DNA of 64,000 nt from Hemiscyllium ocellatum. Its lineage: Eukaryota. Location: the NCBI RefSeq assembly GCF_020745735.1, contig NC_083413.1, positions 28,892,001 to 28,956,000 of the forward strand, given 5' to 3'. The notes under the pieces are model-generated. The model ran no database searches. It was not told the DNA's origin and saw only the letters and a list, made by a program, of their open reading frames with translations. Each line of letters begins with the position of its first letter. Positions within the stretch are counted from its first letter, which is position 1. Both the position numbers and the translations under genes were made by a program. Below, piece by piece: positions 51,076 through 62,159 of this stretch.

Positions 51076-52262
51076 TCTCCAGGAGTGATAGTATGATATT
51101 AGTCTGAGGAACTGTGTTCGGTAGTGCCTCAGGTGTGGTGAGGTCTGCAAACCACATGCAGAGCACTTGTGACTGCTTCCAGTGTTGCTTTCAAGGGCAC
51201 AAGGACAGCTGTGTTGTTTGTCTGTTGGAACCAACATGAGCATTAATCAAATAGATGGCCATCCAACTTGCATGTGATGTGTTTTTGATTTGCAATAATC
51301 AAATCGGTGCTAAGATTGTGATTATAGAAATTCTCTGTATTTATTGGCTTCTTTAAACCCCAGCCCAAAAGGTTTGCAGCATTCTAGCTCTGTAGGCCCA
51401 ATTTTTAACCTTATGAGACATGCCTGTTCTGCGAACCTCATTTAACCACTTAAGCTTCCCCTCTATTCCTGCCATTCCATTAGCCCTCATACATTCTCTT
51501 GTGGGGGGTGGTGGGAGAGAGATGGTGGTGCACACTGAAGCATCACTTCAAGTAAAACTTGTCTTTGAAAGCAAAACATGCTGGAAGAAACATAAAAGCG
51601 GAAAATCTGCATGTATTATTCAGTAATGAAGAATTACTTGGCTGAATATTTTTGTGCAGCTTCATGTCCTGATTGGCCTCCTGTCTATGCTTAACAGCCC
51701 TCCTGCATTTCTGTCCTGCTGTCATTGTCAACTCCTTCCTTGGAGCACCATTTGATTATTGGCACTCATTCTCCACTTACATGATTTTTGACAGCCCCTT
51801 TCTCTTGTTATCCTCCTCTTCCATTGTATTATTCCTTTGTCCATGTTCCTTCTTCTCTCCCTATGCTCTTTCCTATTTCTTGTACTCTTGATCTTCCTAT
51901 TGTACATCTCACCATCTCCACTCATTCCTCACTCCACTGGGTCCAATTTTGTGTAACCTTCTTATCCTGCATGACCTATGTATTGTATTTGGTATATCTG
52001 CTTTTGACTCCAATGAAATTATGAAGTACAGATCGAAAATAAAACAGAAGTACACATTTGCGAGTTTTAAGTTACCACTTCTTGAAACTTATCTATGTAA
52101 ACACAGGGAGCTTCTCACTCTGGTAAAGGCCAGAAACCTTTGCAGAATTTCATAACCTATTGTGATGGAACTTGAAATGAAAGCTACATAAAGATGTGAT
52201 GAACTGTGAAGAAACAGAATTCAAAGTAACCATTACAAATTCTCTATTACATCTTCTCCTAC

Positions 52263-52325
52263 CTCACACTGTCGCTGGCACTGGTTTTCATCAGTATTCC
52301 ATAACTCTTTGCAAGGCCGTAGACA
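52263..52325 (-). CDS. anos1: anosmin exon 3 (Cys-rich box): CLRPCKELWNTDENQCQRQCE
   Basis: ttttccttttttggcag|TGT...GAG|gtagga; 63 nt, phase 0-0; aligns to human [21 protein letters not shown]. Not in the ORF track in this frame. Confidence 0.92.
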
Positions 52326-54434
52326 CTGCCAAAAAAGGAAAATAAAATTGGTCTACAGCCCATTAGTTTAATTCCAATTAATTCCCGTAATCCCTCACTA
52401 ACTTTTTCTTTCTTTATATTCAACTCCTGTAAGTATTTCATTCCAACAAAGGCTTATGATGCTAGTGGAACATCTTCGATGTCAATACAGCCTTTTATTA
52501 ATCTCTAAGTAATTACAATTATATAAGTGAAATATTACACACAAAGACATCTGTAACTAGCAATATTTCAGTTTGTCATAATTAAAATACTTCTCCAAAG
52601 TAAAATTATGTGCATGGAAATAACATAAGTCCAGCATATTTGCTCATAAACAAGTCAACAAGGTTACATAGTTTAACAGGGATACTATGGTGATGAACAG
52701 AATTATAGCGCTTTTGATGAACACATTGAGATGATCACATTGTTCTTTCTTTTCATGTTCAAAGTGAGTTAACCCAGTCGTCCTTTTCTTTGATCAGCAA
52801 CTTTCCTTGACAATATGTTTTGAGGCATTAAATATACCATTTCGTTGCAAACTACCATTTAAACTATTTTTTTTTCAAAGTTGTGGAAAGATGGACAAAT
52901 GATTTGTATTCTAAATAGACCATCTGCCATGTACTGTACCTGGCTTCTATAAAATGGATCAAATTACTATTCTAAATTAAACTAACCACCAAAAGAAAAT
53001 TAAATTTAACATTGTTATAAGCTAGTGACACAAGATAAACATCTATCTCAATTATAATGAATTCAACAGGATCTAAATAAAAAGCTGTTTTTAAGAGAAG
53101 ATGAAATAATGTTCTAAATATGTATCTTAATATCCAGTAGTAACAATAAATTATCCGCTTATAATCTTGGTTATTTTTTACTGACTAGAATTATTTGATT
53201 TTGAGTCATTAGTAGCTTATTCCAGTTGTACATTTATAAATATATATGATATAAATATCTATAAAATGTCATACAAAAATTATTTGTGGAACACAAGATA
53301 ATAATCTGCTTTCTATGTATCACTTTTAGTTTTATTCAGTATACACCATAAACATATTATTACTTCAGCTGAATGGACATGTTAAATTATATTCAGTCTG
53401 CACATACATCTCCCAAGAGGAAGTTGGCACAAGGGAGGAGCAGGAAACAGTTACATCACAACAAGCATTCCAGACCCCACAAGCATCAGCACAGAACACA
53501 CCCACTTTGGGGAATTAGATAGTGTAAAAAAATAGAAACTCAAAAAAAAATTGAAGTGCAGTTATTTCATGATGGTTTCTTCTGATCTGGCCCTGGAAAT
53601 TTTCAAGTAACTGCCAATCTGTAAACTTAGTTCAACAACAGCAATTAACCCCCAATTGACCTCCAGATGCCCTATAGAGGCATCAAATGAAATTGCTTTA
53701 CCTAAAAGGGCAGGCTAAGTTATGTATGTCTGCTGTGCAAAAATAAACATGAATTTCATTGCATAACACTTCTATGAACAACATCAGGGGACACTTCATT
53801 GTATGCAAAACTATTGCATCTGGATCATATTCAGCACACTTCAAACATTTAAAAGTGTAAAAAAAAGGAGAAAAAAATTCATTTCCTGCTATATTTCAAA
53901 CCCTGATAACCTGCATTCTTCTCAAATGCAGAACTGGGATTTACAAATCACTACCAATTTACAGAAACTTCCATAACTATTAGTATTGTAACCTTACTCT
54001 GAAGATTTAAGTTCTGTCTCACTGAGATCAGAATTACATGAAACAATAGATTTTGCACACTAAAATAGAGCGATGGTGAACATTGAGATATCTTCAAACA
54101 GTTCATGAATCCGGGAGTTTCAATGAGTAATTGTTCTGTGCTGTGTGTCAATCCTGAGGCATAAATACTGAACCCCAATACGGGCAGTTAGCTGAGGAAG
54201 AGGGGTGGATAATTCACATGCCATAAATACTTTCAGGATTTATGCAATCTCGGTGATATGTGGAATAATGCATTTAGTAACATAATATAAATATGTGGCA
54301 TGAGAACTAGAAGTATTTTTCATTGCCCGACATTTGTTTGGTCATAAAAACAAACTACTAAGTTTTTTTGGCAAATGAATTCAGAATAGTGGCTCTATAC
54401 TCAGAGGCCAGACTGTTATTGACTTAAAGTTAAT

Positions 54435-54471
54435 AATTCCTGAAGAAGGGCTCATGCCCGAAACGTCGATT
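54435..54471 (+). ncRNA. Minimal hammerhead ribozyme motif with intact core
   Basis: aattc-CTGAAGA-A-GGGC-tcat-GCCC-GAAAC-GTC-gatt; 4-bp GC stem II, palindromic ACGT stem III, GUC cleavage triplet. Confidence 0.8.
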
Positions 54472-54563
54472 CTCCTGCTCTTTGGATGCTGCCTGACCTG
54501 CTGTGCTTTTCCAGCAACACATTTTCAGCTCTGATCTTCAGCATCTGCAGTCCTCACTTTCTC
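54438..54563 (+). mobile_element. 126-bp Penelope-derived hammerhead mini-element with 15-bp TSD
   Basis: CTTAAAGTTAATAAT at 54423-54437 and 54564-54578; same 3' tail as the 7045 element. Confidence 0.92.
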
Positions 54564-54879
54564 CTTAAAGTTAATAATGTAAGCATTATGAATTTGCATC
54601 CATAATTTTTAAAAAGGTCACTAAAATATTTCAGGATTTCAATGACTTTGGGGAATTAACTTTAAATATAAAGGAAAATTGGACAAAATAATTTTTTAAA
54701 AACCATCAATCTGTTTATGGGGATCTTTAGGTAGACAGTTTTACGCCGGGAACCCAGAATGGATACTGATACAGATAATCTAGGGCTGTTCCATGAAATG
54801 AATTAGCTTTAGCATTAATTCCAAGAGGTGCAATAATTTCAATATTGTCAAATATTCAAACTTACTGAAGACTCAAAAT

Positions 54880-55712
54880 GGGGCAGCATTGTAGACAGTT
54901 TTGATGACAGCATTAAATTACAATAGGATGTGATAGATTAGGCGAACGGGCAAAACTGTGGCAGATTGATTTTGATAAAAATCAAACGCGAGGTCATCCA
55001 TTTCAGACTGAAAAAGGAAAGATCTGGGTACTTTTTAGAAGGCACAAAGTTAAATATGCCGAACAGGATCTGGGAATTCAAGTGCCTCTTTAAAATGCCA
55101 CAACATGTGCAGAAAATAGGCAAGAAGGCAGCTGGAATGTAGGCCTTCTAAAGGGCTGTAGTACAAGGATGGAGATGTTATCCTGCAGTTAGATCCCACT
55201 GTGAGCAGATCTAGGCTCACAGTTTAGGAAGGATGTTTTGGCCTTGAGTTCAACACAGACCTACAAGGATGATACCTGGACTTCAGGGGTTATTACGAGG
55301 AGAGATTAGATTTATTCTTCCACACAATTTTTAAGGTTAAGGGGTGATCTAATCAAGGTCTTCAGGATATTAACAGGGAAAGATAGTGTCGAAAAAGATA
55401 AACTATTTTCATTGGTTGGAGGTTCAAAAATCAGGGCACAGTCTAAGAATTAGGCCCAAACCAATCAGGAGAAATTTTAGAAAGTATTCTCCATGCAAAG
55501 AGTAGTGGATGTTTTGAAATCTTTTCCTCAAATGGCAGTCAATGCTAATTCAATTGTTAAATTTAAATCTGAGATAGATTTTTTTAATAAGCAGGAGTAT
55601 CAAGGGATTCGGGCCCAAGCGCCGCATTTGGAGTTAGGTCACAGTTCAGCCATAATCCTATTGCATGGCTGAGCAGGCTTGAGGAGTTAAATGACCTAGC
55701 CCTGTTCCTATG
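54880..55712 (+). mobile_element. Old CR1-type LINE 3' fragment
   Basis: EVIHF and RLRGDLI (aggttaaggggtgatctaatc); tail cctgttcctatg. Confidence 0.75.
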
Positions 55713-56879
55713 AGTTTGGATATATTACATATTTCTGGTGAAGACCATTCTACCAAGTGGCTAGAACACATAATAGAGAATGTTGGTGAAGTCTAGCGTC
55801 ACCAGTCTCAGAATGAGAGTGTGCACAGTATGTGTAACGGAAACAAAGTAAAATTCATTTAGAATCAGAAAGTTCCTCTGAACAGTATCATTCTTCAATT
55901 CAATTTTCTACTCAACAGTTTAATAGTATATATTTGACAGTAATTAAGATTAATTTTGTGCCTTTCCCTTGATCTTTGATAACCACAGATTCATCTACTA
56001 CAGAACCTGACGATTCACAGACAGCAGAGAGACAGATGGGGAATCTGCTGCCTTATGTTTATGCTTGTACTTAATACCAATTGTCATGTTACGAAGCATT
56101 TTCTCAATGTTCTAAAATAATAGATTATCCACTTTTGTAGACTTGATCTAGAACTAAATTTATTTAAGATCGTTGGGTCAGAACTCGCATCCATCAACTC
56201 TAACTGTCATGGGTGAAATGAATTGCAACCCAATTTAGATAAATAACAGCCACTGTACTTTGAAGTAGTGCAATGTATTTGAAGCATTTGAGGATGTTTC
56301 TGAGAGAGAAAGTGCAATATAAATGCAAGTCTTTTCTCTTTTGGTTTCAATGGTTTTACGAAGTAGAGTAGGAGAAAGAAGAGGGAAAGACAGCCTTTTT
56401 CTTTTAGTTTCTTCATCTCCTTCTGCATTAGATTGCAACAGGTATCAAATCAGAAACTTTGCACAACAGAGAGAAGCATGCTTAATCTGTGCAAAACTAA
56501 CTGACCACAAACGTATCTCAAAAACTTAAATATACATTTCCATCACTAGTGGCATTCCGTGGATGCAGCCTTACCATTTCTAAGATGCGCTACAGTAATT
56601 CACTAGGACTTTTTCAACAGTATCTCTCAAACCCTGAGCTCTACCATCTTAAAGGGATAAGTACAGTGGGTTCGAAGATACATTGTCATCTTCAAGGCCC
56701 TTGTTGGTAGCACGTCTTCCTGATTTGGACATACATCATTTTTTATTTCATACAGTAGATGTTTTTCCCAAACATCCAAAATACTCCACCTAACAGCATT
56801 GTGTGGCAATCTATATTGTCCAGACTACAGCATTCAATAAAAAAGATCTATGCAGTATCTTCTCTAAGGACAATAAATT

Positions 56880-57760
56880 TGTCCAAAGGTGTGATGCTCA
56901 AAACTGAACACAGATCACCAAATGTAGTCAAAACAATAGCCTGAACAGTTGAAGCGTAACTTCCTCCTCATTGGACATAAGATCATAAGACATAGGAGTA
57001 GAAATTAGGCCATTCAACCCATCAAGTCTGCTCCACCATTCAATCATGGCTGATAAGATTCTCAACACCATTGTCCCACTTTCTCCCCATAATCTTTGAT
57101 CTCTTTGATACTCAAGAATGTATTTATTTCAGTCTTAAATATACTCATATGACCTGGCCACTACAGTCTTCTGTGGCAATGAATTCCACAGATTCACCAC
57201 TGTCTGGCTGAGGACGTTTCTCCTTATCTCTGGTCTTCCCTTTCACACCCATTGTGACAAATAGCAATATTCCATTAGCATTTTGATTATGTTTTGTACT
57301 TGTCTCCACTTTTAGGTGAATGCATGTCGGCACTCAAAACCTGCACGCCTCCATTGTTCACAGGCTCTCACCATCAAGAAAATATTAAGATTGACCCTTC
57401 TTAAATCCAAAGTGAACGAACTCTTCCTCCCAAACCACCCCCCCTCACCATTAAGCTTCATCTGTAACAATTTTTGACCCCTCCTTCATCAGTCTATGTC
57501 ACTTTGTAATTTCCTATCTGCACAACTTATTACATCTCCTAATTTAGTAGCACCTACAAACGTGCATATAAAAGTCTCTATTCCTTCATTTTTGCTTCTT
57601 GTGTGAACAGTTGGGTCCACAATACAGATCGCTGGGGGCACAGCATTATCACATTTGGTGAGTAAGGGCATTTTATTTATCCTCACCCTTTGTCTACTAT
57701 CTCCCAACTAATTACCAGTCCATATGACAGGGTTACCTCCAGTTCCCTGCACTGTCATTT
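56880..57760 (-). mobile_element. Old CR1-type fragments (nested 3' end at 56975-57230)
   Basis: QRVRIN and FVGATKLG in ORF 57489..57707; cataaga tail repeats. Confidence 0.7.
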
Positions 57761-58986
57761 CTGCTCATAATTTCTTTGAAAAGTTATAGGTAGAGATAAT
57801 GACGGGAGTGAAAGGAAAAAGAATTGAGCAGGACAAGCGAATATGGTGGGAGTGAGAGACAGGAAGAATGTTAAGTAGCAATGGGGTGGAGATAAAAAGC
57901 AAGCAATCTCTTTAAAACTTTTTTTGCCCAGCTCCATCTATAATGATTGTCCTCAGCCACTGGTGGTTATTTTCCTGCTCACAACACTCAGCATAAGAAA
58001 GAAATAACATGATATAAAGAGATAGAAGATGGCAGGGAAAATGCAGGATAAAATGGAGATATAGAAGCATAAACATACAGAGGGATGTAGAAACAGCTAT
58101 TCAGAATCAATATCAATAACCAAAGGAGGGGTACTATTTAGTACACAATACCATGGGATATTGACTTATGCATTGGAAATGCTTCCGTGACGTAAAGATT
58201 AATAAAAGAAATTGCACATCAACTGCAGAAACATCCACCTCAACATTTAATTGAGATTAAGACATTTTATATCAAACAGATGGGATTGCAATCATCATCA
58301 CATGGTGTCAACTAATTTGGATGTACGTATTTCTTCACAATGTAGCAGTCCGAACAAAATGTCCTTGCATCCAATAACATGTCCTTCAATTGACAAGACA
58401 CACTCACTTGAGGCTGGATTATCAGGAAGTCTGCCTGACAACAGAGATCTTTTAAAGATGGTGGGTGAGATCTAATAGTGTGAATCCCACTCGTATTTCC
58501 AATAGAAACCATTTTTTGACAGCAGGAGGGTAGCAGTAGTATGGGAACATAAACTTATGAGACGATACAAATGGTCTTGAAGGGTAGTTAAGGTTTGTTT
58601 AACTGCCATAATCTAAAAGTTTTAAGATCTCTATTCCTTTAGATATAGAAAAAAAACAAGCTAATTTGTAGTTACAGTTAAAAAAAACTTCTTGTCTACT
58701 TTGATTGTAGATTAGTAAAGGCCATCATTATCTTGAAAGATTTTTTGTCATTTCCCAAGGGCTGTTATTATACCTGTGATCTTTCTGGATACTTGGCCAA
58801 GTTTCAAAAACTACAAAAGCACTTTTCTCAGCAAGAGAAGGAAGAGTTCACATTTTGATTGACAGCTTCAAGGGATGAATAAAATGATTAGTTGCCATTG
58901 ATGTGGTTACTGAATAAAAAATTGTTTTTACGACAAATTAAATACTAGAAGAAATGTAAAATATTTGAATGGGTTTCATGAATGGG

Positions 58987-59184
58987 AAACTGAAAGAACT
59001 GCAGATGCTGGAGATCAGAAACAAAAGTAGAAGTTGCTTGAAAGATTCAGCAGGCTTGGCAGCATCTGTGGGGAGAAAGAAAGGTATGTACAAGAATCAA
59101 TGGGCCCGAAGCCTTAACTCTGATTTCTTTCCACATATGCTGCCAGACCTGCTGAGTCTTTATAGCAATTTCTGTTTTTGTTTT
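58987..59184. mobile_element. Old Penelope-derived fold-back element
   Basis: 59018-59078 is inverted relative to 59125-59184; tail on the left (aaagaactgcagatgctggagatc). Confidence 0.7.
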
Positions 59185-59364
59185 TAATGAATGGAAGTTT
59201 TCTTCAGTGTTGAGTGTTAATGAATGAGAGCTCTATTTGATTGTTAAAGTTTAACTTACTTACATCTCCACAGGACTCCTGAACTCTCCCCAGGGTGGAT
59301 ACTGGCTGAGTGGCTATGGAGCTGACATGGATGATATCTGATGGCTTGGATCTAGCATGAGTTG

Positions 59365-59652
59365 TGGCCTGGCGGCTCAATTGTTAGCACTGCTGCCTCA
59401 CTGTACTAAGGACCACGTCCAATTCCATTTTCGGCCGACTGTGTGGAATTTGCATGTTCCCCGCGTGTCTGTGTGGGTTACTGTCAGGTTCTCTGCTTTC
59501 CTCCCACAGTCAAAGATGTGCAGGTTATTTGGATTGGCCAGGGTAAATGAGAGGATAGGGGAGCTAGCTGGGTTTGGGTAGTATGCTCTTAGGAGGATTA
59601 GTACAGTCTTGATTGTTCAAATGGCCTCTTACTGTACTGTCAAGATTCTATG
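59365..59652 (+). mobile_element. Old V-SINE (HE1-related)
   Basis: ttagcactgctgcctca, gtgtggaatttgcatgttccccgcgtgtctgtgtggg; tail gattctatga. Confidence 0.8.
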
Positions 59653-59999
59653 AGTCGAGGGGGCATGGGGATGTGAGGAGACTCACTGCTGTGAAGGAAC
59701 ACTTCAATAGGTTGGGATTCATGAGTTGGCATTGAGGAGTTCTAAGGAGTGACTGGGGATGATTTTAGAGCTGGAATGACTAACATCTAAAACAAGGTAT
59801 GCAATGTCCCAGGGAACCAAGAGAACCATTTTAGAGAGACTTCTAACTCCTTACTCTTGCAGCTGCCTATGATTTTCTTCTGGGGTTGGCAAGCCTGATT
59901 CTATTCTGCTCCTGACTTCCCAGAATAAAAGTAACACTGCTCTTTAAACCATGGAAGACATATACCAAAGTCAGGACATTTCCCACTTTAAGTTATCTC

Positions 60000-60440
60000 A
60001 CAGAGTCATAGAGATCTACAGCATGGAAAAAAGCCTTTTGGTCCAACTTGCCCATGCCATCCCGTTTTCCCAATTTAAACTAGTCCCATTGGCCTGTGTA
60101 TGCTCCATATCCCTCCATACCGATCCCATCTATGTACCTGTCTAAATGTTTCTTAAATGACAAAACTGTACTCACCTCCACCACTATCTCATTTCCAGAC
60201 ACACACCACCTTCTGTCTGAAAAAAGCTTGTCCCCCCGGATTCTTTTGTATCTCTCCTCTCTCAACTTAAACCTATGCCCTCTAGTTTTAGACTGCTCTA
60301 CCACAGGGGAAAGATGTTGGCTATCTACCTAATCATTTCTCTAATGGTTTTATATACCTCTATAAGGTTACTGCTCAGTCTCCTACATTCCAAGGAAAAG
60401 TGTCCCAGCCTATCTAACCTCTTGTTATAACTCAAACTCT
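60000..60440 (-). mobile_element. CR1-type LINE 3' fragment
   Basis: KTRGHRFKLR, FKKHLDRYI. Confidence 0.85.
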
Positions 60441-60540
60441 TCGGAAAAATTTGGCATGTGATAATAATTCAGACCTTCTTATCTTTTGATGAAAAACACA
60501 AATTTAAAATTTCACAAAATTTAATGGCAGCCAGATCATA

Positions 60541-60835
60541 ACACCCTTCTACAACCTCTATCATCAGGGAGAAGGTACAGAAGCCTGAACACACGCACCA
60601 GCCGGTTTCGCAACAGTTTCTATCCTACTGTTGTTAGAATACTGAATGAATTCACAAACTCTCAACATTCACCTGTACCTGTGTTTTTGTTTTGCTGCTG
60701 TTTACCTATTATTTACTATCTATGCTACTTAACTCTGTGATCTGCCCATATTGCTCACAAGACAAAGGTTTTCACTGTGTCTCAGTACACGTGACAATAA
60801 ATTGAATTGAATTGAACTGAATTCAATTCAATTCC
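60541..60835 (+). mobile_element. Rex1/Babar-like LINE 3' end with (AATTG/AATTC)n tail
   Basis: LQPLSSGRRYRSLNTRTSRFRNSFYPTVVRILN; 3' end ttttcactgtgtctcagtacacgtgacaataaa. Confidence 0.75.
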
Positions 60836-60904
60836 AAGACCTTCTATAATCACCTCCTAACTACAGAAGTGGTTACTTGCTCATAAAACATGAGTACTGC
60901 TACA

Positions 60905-61112
60905 ATGAAGCTTTTTATATTGCAGTCGTCAGGACAATTCCCAAGAATATCATTTTAAGGGGAAAACCAACAATCCACTAACCAACCAATCAGCACTCTA
61001 CTCTCTCTCATAGGGTATAAATATTGATTTTCCCTTTAAATTGGCATTGTAATCAATTGTCCTGATCAGTGCAAAAGAAAAAGCTTTGACAAAATGTGTT
61101 TGTTTTCAGCAG
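60905..61112. mobile_element. Penelope-derived fold-back element, family 3 (old)
   Basis: aagcttttt...tgcagtcgtcaggacaatt...taaggggaaaaccaaca is inverted relative to tattgattttccctttaaa...aattgtcctgatcagtgca...aaaaagctt; ccaatcag and tataaa lie in the spacer. Confidence 0.6.
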
Positions 61113-61753
61113 TACTCAAGTACATTCTGATTGAGTAAGAAACTTCAAGTTACAGAACGGGCATTAGTATTTTTTAAAAAGACCAACGCTTTCATGCTCA
61201 GTCTCCAATTCCCAATTAAAGGAATTTGACAATCTGATCACACCACCCTGCAAGTGAACTCCAACTGGTGTTCAAATCAGATTACAATGAAATTTATACC
61301 ATCAAAAGAATACTTCTGGTGTTAATATATTTGAAAAGGGAGATGAAACAACACACATTTTATATGGAATACCACATAATTCCAGAATAACCTGAAGTTT
61401 TTCATTGACAATGAATTATTTTGAATTTAGTCATTGTTAAAACATACAAACATTTTAGATAATTTATGCATATAAAGAGATTGTAAATGGAAAAGATAAA
61501 TAATTGGATAACCTATTTTAATGAAAATAAGCACGAATCAGCTACCAGAGTTTTAGATTTAGGTAAGGCCAAGTTTAACGAGATAAGACAGAGACTGTCC
61601 ACAGTAAACTGTGAAAATCTGCTAATGGGTAAAAACAATTAAAGAACAGCAGAGAAAGTTTAAAGAAACATTTGACACAATACAAAACCAGTTTATATAC
61701 TGAGAGGGGAAAGCTTCATTTCACTGAAAAATTAGCCATGGACAACTAAAGCA

Positions 61754-62025
61754 ATTAGATTACTTACAGTGTGGAAACAGGTCCTTCGACCCAATCTGTC
61801 CACACCGACCCGCCGCCCACATTCCCCTACATATACCCCTTCACCTAACACTACGGGCAATTTAGCATGGCCAATTCACCTAATTTGTACACATTTTTGG
61901 ACTGTGGGAGGAAACCGGAGCATCCGGAGGAAACCCATGCAGACACAGGGAGAATGTGCAAACTCCACACAGACAGTTGCCTGAGGTGGGAAGTGAGTGC
62001 TAACCATTGTGCCACCGTGCCACCC
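61754..62025 (-). mobile_element. HE1-type V-SINE with B-box deletion, nested in an old LINE fragment
   Basis: Reverse-complement V core and tail; the head lacks the GGTTCAATTCC segment. Confidence 0.88.
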
Positions 62026-62159
62026 ACTAATGGGGGACAGCTTAAAACTAAATGTAAGGGCTTACAAAAAGGCAAAAAAAAAGCACAGATCCTGCTGAAT
62101 TGGAAAGATATATAAACCATCAAAGGACCACAAAACAACTATAAGAGCTACTAAAAAGG

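Larger units (their letters stand above)
419..52325 (-). other. anos1: Anosmin-1 (KAL1) family gene, partial: 9 coding exons (human exon 3-11 equivalents); probable anos1b/kal1b-type paralogue
   Basis: Spliced translation gives Cys box, 8-Cys WAP domain and three FN3 repeats, collinear with anosmin-1. All introns are GT-AG with compatible phases. Exon sizes are 63/208/185/130/206/136/156 or 171/95/172; 63, 185, 130, 206, 95 and 172 match recalled human ANOS1 exon sizes. Confidence 0.95.

Noticed and set aside
53400-53520. Unique stretch with GGAA/CATTCC motifs, possibly an enhancer
   Set aside because: Short motifs alone are not evidence without conservation or chromatin data.
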